Notes under the pieces: generated by a model
What the model saw: only the letters and a program-made list of their open reading frames with translations
What the model was told of the DNA's origin: nothing
The model's database searches: none
Shown: positions 30,060 to 43,288 of the stretch, piece after piece
How the letters are laid out: the number at the start of each line of letters is the position of its first letter
Numbering within the stretch: position 1 is the first letter of the stretch
Program-made: the position numbers and the translations under genes
Source of the DNA: the human T2T-CHM13v2.0 reference genome, Homo sapiens
Strand: one strand, 5' to 3'
Length of the DNA stretch: 64,000 nucleotides
Assembly: GCF_009914755.1 (NCBI RefSeq)
Contig: NC_060925.1

Positions 30060-31149
30060 CCATTTTATACAATAAAACTTATGCTTAAAAAACTTTTAAT
30101 ATTGACTAAAATCTTGCATTTTTGTAAATATTTTACTGCTGAAAGTCCAAATATAATTTAGAGTAACTTATTAAAATTTTAAATTAATACACATTTATCA
30201 TAAGAATTAAAACAATCATGAGACTTAAAAATGTACATTAGAGCAGGTTACAGGATTCAGAAACAAATATATAAATTTATTATTTAGTAATTGTTTTAGA
30301 AATCAGAGAGGAAATGGGTATATTATTCAACAAACGATTCTGAAATAATTAACTCAACAATTTGGGAAAATAGTTTGATTTCCACTTCAGTCTATATACA
30401 AAAATAAATTTCTAGGGAATTAGAAATTTAAATATAAGAAGGAAGCCATCAAAATACTAGAGAAATATTGGAGAATGTTATTTTCAGGGCGAGGAAGGCA
30501 ATGATAACCCAGACCCCAGAAACTGTAAGGGAAAATCAACAGAATCAACTGTTGAACATATATACATAATTTTCAGTGGTTCCATTCTATTTCATTAAAT
30601 TGATGGGCCATAATTTACTATCATTCACATATTGTTGAGTATCTGTGTAGTTTCCAATATATTATTATTTTGAATAATACTTTAATGAACATGTTTGTAT
30701 TAAGCGAAGCCTATCTTTGAAAGATCATTATGTACTGAAATTTGTGCTGTCACATTTTTGTTTGACATAAGTGGATCATTGGCTTATGTCTGGAAAACTT
30801 CTTGTTACAAATGCCCTTTTAAAAACAAACTGTCTTAAAGAACTAGAGATTGAGAGATTTGTATGGTTTCTTTTACCACTTGGTGCTCTCTTTGTCCTTC
30901 ACAGTGTGAAGGTTGCAAAGGTTTTGTGGGCAATGTCTAGAATTTTCTGAGTTACTGAAGTTAAAAGAATTACCTCCCTGGATCAAAATTTAGCCCAGTC
31001 ATCTCTAACAGGCAATGAGGAGTCAACTAGTCCCCTATAAATTTACCCTGACATGATTAGGAATTTGCCCCTCTCCTTAAATTTCTGGGTTTTCTTGATT
31101 GTGATAATTCTACTTCATGAATTTTGTTAACCATTTTCTGAATCTGTCT

Positions 31150-31380
31150 TTTTTCTTTTCTTATTTACATTTAAAAATTATTTTTAAAAATGTTAATAGT
31201 TTTTTGGGTACAGATGATTTTTGGTTCCATGGATGAATTCTTAGGTGGTGAATTCTGAGATTTTAGCGCACCCATCTCTTGAGCAGTATATACTGTATGC
31301 AATGTGTTTTCTTTTATCCCTCACCTCCTCATAGTCTCCCCCTCCTCGAGTCCCCTAAGTCCATTATATCACTCTGCATG

Positions 31381-31422
<42 letters not shown>

Positions 31423-33931
31423 TCATAGCTTAGCTCTCACTTATAAGTAAGAACACACAGTATTTGGCTTTCTATTCCTGAGTTACTTCACTTAGAATAA
31501 TGGCTTCCAGCTCCATTCAAGTTGCTACAAAAGGCATTATTTCATTCCTTTTTATGGCTGAGTAGTATTCCATGGTGTGTATATACAACATTTTCTTTAT
31601 CCACTTGTTGGCTGAGGGGCACTTACGTTGGTTCCATATCCTTGCAATTGTGAACTGTGCTGCTGTAAACATGTGTGTGCCTGTGTCTTTTTTACATAAT
31701 GACTTCCTTTCCTTTGGGTAGATACCCAGTAATGGGATTGCTGAATCAAATGGTAGACCTACCTTTAGTTCTTTAAGGAAACCCCATACTGTTTTCCATA
31801 CTGGTTGTACTAATTTACATTCCCACCAGCTATGTAAAAATGTTCCCTTTTCACCACATACATGCCAACATCTATTGTTTTTTGACTTTTAATTATGGCC
31901 ATTCTTGCAGTAGTAAGGTGGAATCTCATTATGGTTTTAATTTGCATTTCCCTGATGATTAGTGTGTTGGGCATTTTTTCATATGTTTGTTGGCTATTTG
32001 TATATCTTCTGTTGAGAAATGTCTATTCATGTCCTTAGCCCACTTTTGATGGGATTGTTTGTATTTTTCTTGCTGATTTGTTTGAGTTACTTGTAGATTA
32101 TGGACACTAGTCCTTTGTCAGATGCATAGTTTGCAAATACTTTCTCCCACTCTTTGAGTTGTCTATTTACTCTGCTTATTTATTTTGCTGAGCAGAAGCT
32201 TTTTAGTTTAATTTGGTCCCATTTCTTTTTTTTTTTTTAGACTTGTAATATTTTATTTCTCACAAGATAGATATTGTATCATGACCAGTTTGCTTTTATT
32301 TTTTTTTTATTTTTGTTTTTGTTGCTTTGCTTTTGGATCTTAGTCATGAATTCTTTGCCTAAATCAATGTCCAGAAGAGTTTTTCCAATGTTTTTTTCTA
32401 GAAGTTTTATGGTTTCAGGTCCTAGATTTAAGTCTGATCCATCTTGAGTTGATTTTTGTATTAAGTGAGAGATGAGGATCCAGTTTCATTATTCTACATG
32501 TGGCTTGCCAGTTTTCCTAGCACCATTTATTGAACAGGATGTCCTTTCCCCAATTTACGTTTTGTATGCTTTGTCAAAGATCAGTTGGGTGTTAAGTATT
32601 TGGCTTTACTTCTGGGTTCTCTATTCTTTTCCATTGGTCTATGTGCCTATTTTTATATCAGTACCATGCTGTTTTGGTGACTATGGCCTTAAAGTACAGT
32701 TTGAAGTCAGGTAATGAGATGTCTCCAGATTTGTTCTTGCTTAGTCTTGCTTTGGCTATGTGGGCTCTTTTTTTATTCCGTATGAATTTTAGGATTGTTT
32801 TTTTCTAGTTCTGTGAGGAATCCTGGTGGATGAGAATTGCACTGAATTTGTAGATTGCTTTTGGCAGTATGGTCATTTTCACAATATTAATTCTATCCAT
32901 CCATGAGCATAGGATGGGTTTCCATTTCTCTGTGTCATCTAGGATTTCTTTCAGCAGTGTTTCGTAGTTTTCCTTGTAGAGATCTTTCACCTTGTTGGTT
33001 AAGTGTGTTCCTAGGTATTTTATTTTATTTTTTGCAGATGTTGTAAAAGGAATTGAGTTCTTGATTTGATTCTCAGCTTGGTCACTGTTGATGGAGAGCA
33101 GTGCTACTAATTTGTGTACATTGATTTTGTAACCCGAGCCTTTAGTGAATTCATTTATCGGGTCTAGGAGCCTTTTGGATGAGTCTTTAGTTTTCTAGCT
33201 ATGTGATCATATCATCAGCAAACAGTGACAGTTTGACTTCCTCTTTTCCAACTTGCCCTTTATTTCTTTTTTTGTCTGGTTGCTCTGACTAGGACTTCCA
33301 GTGCTATGTTGAATAGAAGTATTGCATGTAGACATCCTTGTCTTTTTCCAGTTCTCAGGGGGAATGCTTTCAACTTTTCCCCATTTAGTATGATCTTGGC
33401 TGTGGGTTTGTTACAGATGCCTTTTATTACTTTGAGGTAAGTCCCTTCTATTCCTTTTTGTTGAGGGCTCTCATCAGAAAGCAATGCTAGATTTTATCAA
33501 ATGCTTTTTCTGCATCTATTGAGATTGATCACACAATTTTTGTTTTTAATTCTGTGTATGTGATGTATCACATTTATTAACTTGCATATGTTAAACCATC
33601 CCTACATCCCTGGTATGAAACTCACTTGATCCTGATGTATTATCCTATTGATGTCCTGTTGGATTCAGTTAGCTAGTATTTTGTTAAGAATTTTTGCATC
33701 TATGTTCATTAAGGATATTGGTCTGTAGGTTTCATTTTTGTTATGTTCTTTCCTGGTTTTAATATTAGGGTGATACGGGCTTCCTAGAATGATATAGGAG
33801 GAGCCCCTCTTTCTCTATCTTTCGGAATAGTTTTAGTAGGATCGGTACCAATTCTTTGAATATCTGGTAAAATTCAGGTGTGAATTCATCTGATTTTGGA
33901 CTTTTTTGTTGTCAATTTTTAAAATTACTGA
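31150..33931 (-). mobile_element. 5'-truncated L1PB (L1PB2-like), sense to SLC44A5
   Basis: L1PB 3'UTR and ORF2 fragments (ORFs 32805-32990, 33260-33484); degenerate TSD gaatctgtctt/gcatctattctt. Confidence 0.92.
31384..31420. repeat. (TG)n microsatellite within L1PB 3'UTR
   Basis: ~18 perfect units. Confidence 0.97.
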
Positions 33932-34852
33932 GCATCTATTCTTAAAATCTGTATATCTCTTGGAATAATATGCTCCATAGTTACAAGTGGGCAGCATAGA
34001 CAACATAACTGAAGTGTCCTCAGCTATGTTTTTTGTTGTTGTTCTTGGAAGTCAGGGGTGTGGTTGCTTTGGGGTTTTTTTTTTAACCATCTAGAGCCAG
34101 CTTTTATAGAAACTGGATTGGTTTTGAAGAACCAAAAGATCCAGCAACCACCCCAGGTTTCCACAGAGAAATGGACCAGTGAGAGAAGAGGGAAGGTTTT
34201 CTAAAAATATGAGATTTATGGGGGGCTGCTTGTGTGTGTGGTTTATTTTCTTAGATTAGAAAAATAGACAATGTGCTTTCAGAAATGAAAACTTCTGTTA
34301 TGATTACCATTAGAAAGAAATTTGATGGAACATTCTTCCTTGTTTGTTTCAGCTACCCAGGGACATTGCCCACAGCAGCCAGGTTGCTTGGAAAAGGATA
34401 CCAAACATTGAAGACCTTCTGGGTGTGCCCCTTACTTCGAAAGGTGGAATGATTTATCAGTAGACACTGTGACAAAAATAATCTTAACAATTGGACTGTC
34501 TAGCTTTGTAGCAGCTACTCATACCTCAGTCTTCTAATAGCCCATTTATAAGGCATTTTAAAATATAGCTTCTGATAAAATCATTGGTCCAATCTATTCA
34601 TTATAATTATATTTTTATAACTAGAGTCTTCATGCATTCTAATAAAATGCTGCATAACACTGACATCATGTCTTAAGACATATAATATAAAACTTCCCAA
34701 CTGCTTATAGCTATCTGTTAGAAAAAAGGGAGGGAAGGCTTCCTTTATGAATTTAAATCTTCTTAAGAAGTCTGGTAGGATTACTGTAAAAGTGATATCT
34801 AGGTTCCAGTTTAGACAGTAAAATCACACAAAGCAAAGGTGGCCATACTCAC

Positions 34853-34937
34853 TCATTGGGAGTGCCCTTCTGGCCACAAAAGTGGCCCTGGCTGTCTGTA
34901 GGATAGGCTGCTCTTCTGGGGTCCCCATGTACCCAGG
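34853..34937 (-). CDS. SLC44A5: SLC44A5 coding exon, 85 nt: (A)[27 protein letters not shown](E)
   Basis: ctttcttgttcctgcag|CCTGGGTA...CCCAATGA|gtgagt; phase 1 to 2. Confidence 0.97.
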
Positions 34938-36409
34938 CTGCAGGAACAAGAAAGGACAAATATGCTATCAGCAAAAGCCAGCTAAAGGCAGTTTGATTTG
35001 AGATATTAGAATGCACCACTGCAACACACTAACCTCTCCCCTCAGTCACAGAAGATTATTGATTTTCTTCAAAGAGTAATTTCTTAATGAAAAGTAAAAT
35101 AAAATATGGATGAACCAGTCAGAAAGCACATTTCTCTTATTCTCTCAGGATTCAGCTGGGTTGTAGCCAAAACATGAGGTAATGCACTTAGAAAATGACA
35201 TTTATTAAAATGTGAATTAGAGGGCACATTATAAAAGCTCAGTTGGCTAGAAGTCACTTTTTCTAGGGTTCAAAACTAAATGACTTCATAGCAGACCTAA
35301 TACATTTACAGTAAATAATATGATGTAATACTTTTGGGTTATGCATAGGTGAAAACCATTAAAAAATTCAAAGGGATGAAACTATAATGCCCAATTCAAA
35401 TTTACTAGTTCTTTATGATTTCATGTGACATTATAAAGGCAAACAATAGCAACTGCAGAGGCAATATGTAATAAAGACTTACCCTAAGTTCTGTCTGATA
35501 ATCTCAGAGCTTAATAGAAGTATCAAGTGATCTCAAACTTCATGAAAACTAAGGACTTGATTTTCTATGAAGACAATGGGCTCAAACACATTACCCTTAT
35601 TTTTTAAGAATTATAAACTTAACTTGATAGCTAGACCATAGGACCACAGAGAGTAACGTATATTAGGTCAATTAGGAAATGCTTTCTAATTTTAGCTGAA
35701 TATTTCTAACTTCTCCAATTTGACTAATACAGTTCCTAAAAATCTGGGAAATGTGCTTGGGTCATCTAATGCTTGCCTCTGAATATGGAAACATATCTCT
35801 TTGTCCTTTGCTTCCTTTAACATTTGCCCAGCTATCTCCCTCCCCACATTTATTGGATTTGACATTTCATGTTATAATTCAATCACTCTTATGTATATGG
35901 CCTGTGTGACTTGGGAAGATAAAAAAATCAATTCTGTATGAGAATTTCAATATGGAAGAAAATTTTTTCTCAATATTTTTTCTCAATCTAAGCCTGTCTT
36001 TTTAGTATCTAGCACTCACAAAAGTCCCCTTTGTCTAATTCTTTCTCCAATGTCATAGAGGCCAAATTGGTTTCATCTTCTAATACCTTCTTATTAAATC
36101 TGACTCATTCGGGTAGCTCTCAGCTGCCGTATCTTCCCGTCTCTATTTCCCAGAATAAAAAAGTGGACTACAAATAAGGCATTTAAATAACAAAGTGTTC
36201 AATGTGCGATGTCTCCAGACCCCGTATCATTACATTCTGCTTCTATATCTTAGTTTGTCATGTTTTGGCTAAATCTAAGAAAGAGCTTTATTTTACCTAT
36301 TTTTCTGTAATGTTTTTAAAGCTTTATTCTAAAATGCCTTATTCTTTTTTTTGTATACAATTATTAATTCAGAAATGAGCACCCGAAGCATTTAGATTGT
36401 TAGATTTTC

Positions 36410-36572
36410 CCTGAGTGAGTCACTTAATTATTTTGAGTCCTGACTTTCTAATTTGTTACTACAAAATGAGTATAATAATACCTAATCCCACAAGAATGTT
36501 GAGAATATAAAAGAAGATAATGAAAATAGAGTGACTAACATGGTGCTTGGCATACAATATGGACTCAGTAAT
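36410..36572 (+). mobile_element. MIR fragment
   Basis: gagtcacttaa...aaaatgagtataataatacct...catggtgcttggcataca. Confidence 0.7.
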
Positions 36573-36581
36573 CTTAGTTCT

Positions 36582-36894
36582 TGTCTTATTTGGGTTTCCC
36601 CAAAAGCAAAATCTAAGACAAGAGCTTTGATGCAGGTGGTTTATCTGGGAGGTGATTCCAGGAAGCTTAAATAGGTATAAGGGAGATGAGACGGAAGGGA
36701 GCAAAGCCAATCAAGTGCATGTTAATGAGTGGAATACTGTTGCGGGCAGCTGGGGCTCCATCCCTCTGGGAAACTTCTGCAGAGCCGTGTGGAACATGTC
36801 TGTCAGTAGGAATTGTAAAACTGCCCACCACAGCTGCAAAACAACTCAGGTGGGTCAAGGGGAAGCAGGGTCAGGTATCCGCAGCATCTGCTAT
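36582..36894 (-). mobile_element. LTR16-like ERVL LTR
   Basis: tgtcttatttgggtttcccc...tttatctgggaggtgattccaggaagc...gcagcatctgcta. Confidence 0.75.
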
Positions 36895-37937
36895 TGTTTT
36901 CTTTCCCTCTTTCATCATCAATTAATTAAGTAAAGGATTTACTAAATGATCATGATGTGTCCCATACTAGAAGTTATACCAATGTGAATTTATGTTAGAG
37001 TTCTCAAGAAATACACGAAAAGGGGAGAATAAGGTTTGTAGAAGGTTTAGAGAACAGGTGAGACTTGAGAAAGACTTTAAAAAATAATTAGGATTTGGAC
37101 ATGTGGCTGGAAGTAGGGAAGGATTTATAGATTGAGGAAATAGTATAATAATAAGATCTTTCATTTATTAATTGCTCACAATGTGACAGCTGTTGTGCTA
37201 ACTTGATTACACCCATTGTCTCAGCTGAGTCTTATAGCATGCCTAAAAGGTAGGTATTACTTTCACCTGAATGGTATAGATAGCTGCAGCTCAGAGTTTA
37301 ATTTATCACTCAAAATCACACAGCTTTAAGTGAGATAGACAAGGTATGAACTCAGGTGTGTTGCTTGCTTTCTATTGCCTGTGGTTTTAACCACCAAACT
37401 AGAAAGGCGATAATGCTTTCTGCAAAAGGATAAAGGAGGAATGAGCTTGTTAACAGGGGGAAAACAAGGACATCAGCTAAATAAAGATCAGCAAAATGTT
37501 CATAATGTAGGAAAAGAGATGACAGGCAATTTTGGAGCTTTTGCCATTTGGAGAGAAAAGCTTCTACTTGTGGCAGGGGGAGAAGGAGCATATCTGATTG
37601 GGGGGGATCTGAGTGTCTGGGGATAAAGGAGAGAGAGATGAAGATGGAAGTGTCAAGAGAAGAATACTTCTTCTTGACTTTCTGGTTTTGAACTGTGGCA
37701 GGTGGTTGTGTTTACTGAGCTGCTGCTACACCTCTCCACACAGCCTCTGGCACAGAAGTTGTGCTGCAGATGGTCTGTGTTTGAGCTGAAACATAAAGAC
37801 TTTGAGCTGAAAGCTACAAAAAAGAGGAAAAAAAGGAGATGGGCAGCAGCCATCATTTTGTCCCTATTAATAAATTAAGGAGCTTCTGACATTTTACTCC
37901 CTTTCTTGGAATTTTTCTATTCATGGAACATCCAAAA

Positions 37938-38254
37938 CTATGCTGTCCAATATGGTAGCCACTACCCATGTGTCTATTCAGCACTTGAAATGGCTTCTCC
38001 AAATTGGGACATACTGTAAGTGCAAAATACACATCATATTTTAAAGACATTATAAACAACAACAAAGAAGAATATCTTAATTTTTATATTGGTTACATTT
38101 GAAATATTTTGTTATATTTAAGTAAATAAAATATATTATTAAGTTATTATTAAAATTATTTTCACCTGTTTCCTTTTATGCTCTTAAATGTAGCTATCAG
38201 AAAATTTAAACTTACACATATAATTCACTTTATATTTCTCCTGGACAGATCTGT
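37938..38254. mobile_element. MER33-like hAT-Charlie MITE
   Basis: gctgtccaata...tggacag inverted ends; AT-rich interior. Confidence 0.8.
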
Positions 38255-38327
38255 TCTAGTAGAAAGAACAGTGTCAAGGGCTTCTTTAAGGTGATTATGA
38301 GTGCCATAACATCACCAGTTTGTATGA

Positions 38328-38790
38328 CAGTCATTCTCAAGCACATCATACCCAACACATCCTTTTTATAATAGTTAACAATGCTCCTTGTACAATCTTG
38401 AAATAATAGTCACAGATAATATATCTCAGCCAAACTCATAATTTCCTTTAAAAAGGCAATAAAATATCCTATGTAATATGAATGAGAAATAATAAAAAGT
38501 AATTTATAATTAAATAGTATGCACATCAATATGCAAATGCTCAAATGTGACTAAACTGGAAGAGATGTGAGTAGTCAAGTGCTTACACCTACAGGTAGAA
38601 TCACTGTGAATGTAGCAGCTTTAAGTGCAGGAGGAAATATGTATATTGAATAGGAAAATCAAATACAACAAGTGGTGTGTTTTTAATAATATAATTTTCC
38701 TAAATGAACAAATTTTAGCAAATTCTAACAACAAAAAAGTAGAATCTTCTCTCAAATTCCCTTGGTACTTATTGCAATCATGCAAAATAA
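38328..38790. mobile_element. hAT-Charlie remnant (MER113-like)
   Basis: cagtcattctcaa terminus and recalled internal motifs (tagaatcactgtgaatgt). Confidence 0.5.
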
Positions 38791-38794
38791 CTTT

Positions 38795-39165
38795 TATTAC
38801 TTTATTTTATTTTATATTGTTATTGATATATTATAGTTGCACATATTTTTAGGGTACACATGATGTTTTGATACATGTATACAAGGTTTAATGATCAAAT
38901 CAGGATAATTGGAATATCTATCACCTCAAACCTTTTTCTTTGTGTTGGGAACACTACAATTCTTGTCTTCAAGCTATTTTGAAATACACAATAAATTATT
39001 GTTAACTACAGTTTCCCCACTGTACTGTCAGATACTAAAATTTATTCCTTTGAATGGCATATTTGTACTCATTAACCAACTTCTCTTCATCTCTCCCTCC
39101 CTCATTCCCTTTCCAGCCCCTGCTAACCACCATTCTACTCTGTACCTCCATGAGATCCACTTTTT
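38795..39165 (-). mobile_element. L1MA 3' end
   Basis: atgatcaaatcaggataattgg...agctattttgaaatacacaataaatt. Confidence 0.85.
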
Positions 39166-39224
39166 TAAGTTTTTGTAATGTTAGAACAGAATTTCTAGAT
39201 TCAAATATGTGAAAACAAGTTTTC

Positions 39225-39495
39225 ACCTACATCAGTGGGACATGGGAAAGTCAAGCAGAAAGTGAGGTGTAGGAGTAAGCCACCTTGAAGGCACATCCTC
39301 CACCCTAACTCAAGCCTTCAGTTGACTGCAGCTTTGGCTTACATCATAACCACAACTTCATGAAGAACCTGGACCCAGAACCACCCAACCAAGCTGTGCC
39401 TACATTCCTGACCATGGAAATTGTGAAATAAGAAATATTTGTTTTTTAAGTTGCCAAGTTTGAGTGTAGTTTACAATGCAGCAATAGATAATGAA
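39225..39495 (+). mobile_element. MLT1F-like LTR 3' part
   Basis: caagccttcagttgactgcagc...cagaaccaccca...gcagcaatagataa. Confidence 0.75.
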
Positions 39496-40012
39496 TTATT
39501 ATATAGTTTTGAAAAAACCTTTTTTTTGTTCTTCAGAATTTATCTTATAGCTTTTTTACCCTTTGGCTTATATTTTGAATTAATGTATAGTATCCCCAAA
39601 CAGTTTCCTTTTTTTACAACTTATAAAGTGTATGTTTGTATGTATGTATACATGTATGTATGTATTTTTATTTCAGTAGGTTTTGGGAGAAGAGGTGGTG
39701 TTTCATTACATGGATAAGTCCTTTAGTGGTGATTTCTGAGATTTTGGTGCACCTGAGCAGTGTACATTCTACCCAATGTGTAGTATTTTGTCTCTCAACC
39801 CCTCCCACTTTTTCCCTAGAGTCTTCGAAGTACATTGTATCATTTGTATGCTTTTGCATCCTCATAGCTTAGCTTCCATCTATAAGCGAGAATATACGAT
39901 GTTTGGTTTTGCATTCCTGAGTTACTTCACTTTGAATGATGGTCTCCAGTTCCATCCAGGTTGCTGCAAATTACATTATTTCATTCCTTGTTATGGCTGA
40001 GTAGTATTCCAT

Positions 40013-40045
<33 letters not shown>

Positions 40046-40871
40046 TGTATATCTAATATATATTATATATATTTTATATTGTATATATAATATATATAGT
40101 ATATATTATATATTGTATATAATATATATAGTATATATTATATATTGTATATAATATATATAGTATATATTATATATTGTATATATTATATATTGTATAT
40201 ATAATATATATATTGTATATATTATATATTGTATATATAATATATATATTGTATATATTATATATTGTATATATAATATATATATTGTATATATTATATA
40301 TTGTATATATAATATATATATTGTATATATTATATATTGTATATATAATATATATATTGTATATATTATATATTGTATATATAATATATATATTGTATAT
40401 ATTATATATTGTATATATAATATATATATTGTATATATTATATATTGTATATATAATATATATATTGTATATATTATATATTGTATATATAATATATATA
40501 TTGTATATATTATATATTGTATATATAATATATATATTGTATATATTATATATTGTATATATAATATATATATTGTATATATTATATATTGTATATATAA
40601 TATATATATTGTATATATTATATATTGTATATATAATATATATATTGTATATATTATATATTGTATATATAATATATATATTGTATATATTATATATTGT
40701 ATATATAATATATATATTGTATATATTATATATTGTATATATAATATATATATTGTATATAATATATATTGTATATATAATATATATATTGTATATAATA
40801 TATATTGTATATATTATATATAGTATATATAATATATAATTGTATATATTATATATATTATATATATATAT
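40013..40871. repeat. Compound (TG)n/(TA)n-derived minisatellite; core 36-bp unit TTGTATATATTATATA+TTGTATATATAATATATATA x~16
   Basis: Lines 40201, 40381 and 40561 are identical (5x36 periodicity); a 32-bp variant unit lies at 40080-40176. Confidence 0.98.
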
Positions 40872-40930
40872 AAAAAAACACCTTTTCTTTATTCACTCAT
40901 TGATTGATGGGCACTAGGGCTAATTCCATA

Positions 40931-43288
40931 TGATATGGTCTGGCCTTGTGTCCCCACTAAAATCTCATCTTGAATTGTTATCCAAATTATAATCCTCACG
41001 TGTTGGAAGAGGGATCTCGTGGGAGGTGATTAGATCATGAGGGTGGTTCTACCATGCTGTTCTCATGATAGTGAGTGAGTTCTCATGAGATCTGATGGTT
41101 TTATAAGGGACATTTCCCCCCTTCACCATGCATTTCTCCTTCCTGCCTCCATGTGAAGAAAGATGTGTTTGCTTCTCCTTCTGCCATGATTGTAAATTTC
41201 CTGAGACCTCCCCAGTCATGCTGAATTGTGAATCAATTAAACCTCTTTCCTTTGTAAATTACACAGTCTCAGGTGTGTCTTTATTAGCAGCATGAGAACA
41301 GAATAATACAATAAATTGGTACAGGAATGGGGTGCCGCTATAAAGACACCCAAAAATGTGGAAGTTACTTTGGAACTGTGTAGTAGGCAGAGGTTGGAGC
41401 AGTTTGGAGGGCTCAGAAGAAGACAGGAAAATGTGGGACAGTTTGGAACTTCCTAGAGACTTGGAGGGCTCAGAAGACAGGTAGAGGTGGGAAAGTTTGG
41501 AACAACTTAGAGACTTGTTGAATAGCTTTGACCAAAATGCTGATAGTGATATGGACAATGAAGTCCAGGCTGAGATGATCTCAGATGGAGATGAGGAACT
41601 TCTTGGGAACTGGAGCAAAAGTGACTCTTGCTATGCTTTAGCAAGGAGAATGGCAGCATTTTGCCCCTGCCCTAGAGATCTGTGGAACTTTGAACTTGAG
41701 AGAGATGATTTAGGGTATCTGGTGGAAGAAATTTCTAAGCAGCAAAACGTTCAAGAGGATGTGGAGCATAAAAGTTTGGAAAATTTGCAGCCCAACAATG
41801 TGACAGAAAAGAAAAACCCATTTTCTGGGGAGAAATTCAAGCCTGCTGCAGAAATTTGTCTAAGTATCAAGCAGCCAGATGTTAACCACCAAGATAAAGG
41901 GGAAAATGTCTCCAGGGCATGTCAAAGACTTGAAAGGCAGCCCCTCTGATCACAGGCTCAGAACCTAAGAGGGGAAATTGTTTCCTGGGCTGGTGCCAGG
42001 CCCCCCCCCCCCGCTGCATTTAGCCTAGGGACTTGGTGCCCCACATCCCAGCCACTCTAGCTGTGGCTGAAAGGGGCCAGGGTATAGCTCAGCCCATTGC
42101 TTCATAGGGTGAAAGTCCCGAGCCTTGGCAACTTCCATATGGTGTTGGTCCTGTGGGTGCACAGAAGACAAGAATTGAGGTTTGGGAACCTTCACCTAGA
42201 TTTCAGAGGATGTATGGAAATGCCTGTATGTCCAGGCAGAAGTTTGCTTTGGAGGTGGAAACCTCATGGAGAACCTCTGCTAGGGCAGTGCAGAAGGGAA
42301 ATATAAAGTCAGAACCTCCACTGGGGCATTGCCTAGTGCAGCTGTTAGAAGAGGCCCACCATCCTCTAGATCCCAGAATGGTAGGTTCACCAACAGCTTG
42401 CATGATGCAACTGGAAAAGCCACAGACACTCAATGCCAGCCAGTGACAACAGCTGGAAAGGGGGCTGTACTCTGCCAAGTCACAGGGGTGGAGCTGCCTA
42501 TGACCAAGGGAGCCCACCTCTTGCATTAGCGTGACCTGGATGTGAGACATAGAATCAAAGAAAATCGTTTCAAAACTTTAAGGTTTAATGACTGCCCTAT
42601 TGGATTACAGACTTGCATGGGGCCTATAGCCCCTTTGTTTTGGCCAATTTCTCCCATTTGGAATGGGTGTATTAACCCAATGCCTGTATCCCTATTATAT
42701 CTAGGAAGTAATTAACTTGCTTTTGATTTAACAGGTTCACAGGCAGAAGGAACTTGCCTTGTCTCAGATGAGACTTTGGACTTGGACTTTTGGGTTAATG
42801 ATGAAATGAGTTAAGACTTTAAGGAACTGTTGGGAAGGCATAATTGTGTATTGAAATATGAGAAGCATGTGAGATTTGGAAGGGGCCAGGGGTGGAATAA
42901 TATGGTCTGGTTCTGTGTTCCCACCAAAATTTCATCTTGAATTATAATCTGAGTGTAATCCCCACGTGTTGGGAGTGGAGCTTCATGGAAGGTCACTAGA
43001 TCATGGGTGCAGTTTCGCCGTGCTGTTCTTGTGATAGTGAACAGCAAGTGAACCATACAGATCATGAGATCTAATGGTTTTATAACGGGCTTTTCCCCCT
43101 TTGCTCTGCACTTCTTCTTCCTGCCACCATGTGAAGAAGGATGTGTTTGCTTCCCCTTCCACCATGATTGTAAGTTTCCTGAGGTCTCCCCAGCCATGCT
43201 GAACTGTGAGTTAATTAAACCACTTCCCTTTATAAATTACCCAGTCTTGGGTATGTTTTTATTAGCAGTGTGAGAATGGGCTAATACA
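40931..43288 (+). mobile_element. Complete THE1D-like MaLR: 5' LTR 40931-41310, internal region, 3' LTR 42898-43288
   Basis: Two LTRs, PPT ggggccaggggtggaa, perfect TSD CCATA; ORF 41497-41949 is a MaLR internal ORF remnant. Confidence 0.95.

Noticed and set aside
40177-40760. CRISPR-like periodicity (36 bp)
   Set aside because: Head-to-tail units with no unique spacers; eukaryotic DNA with no cas genes
40177-40839. 220-aa Tyr/Ile/Leu/Val repeat ORF
   Set aside because: Translation artefact of a 36-bp AT repeat that lacks stops in one frame; TTG start and no gene context
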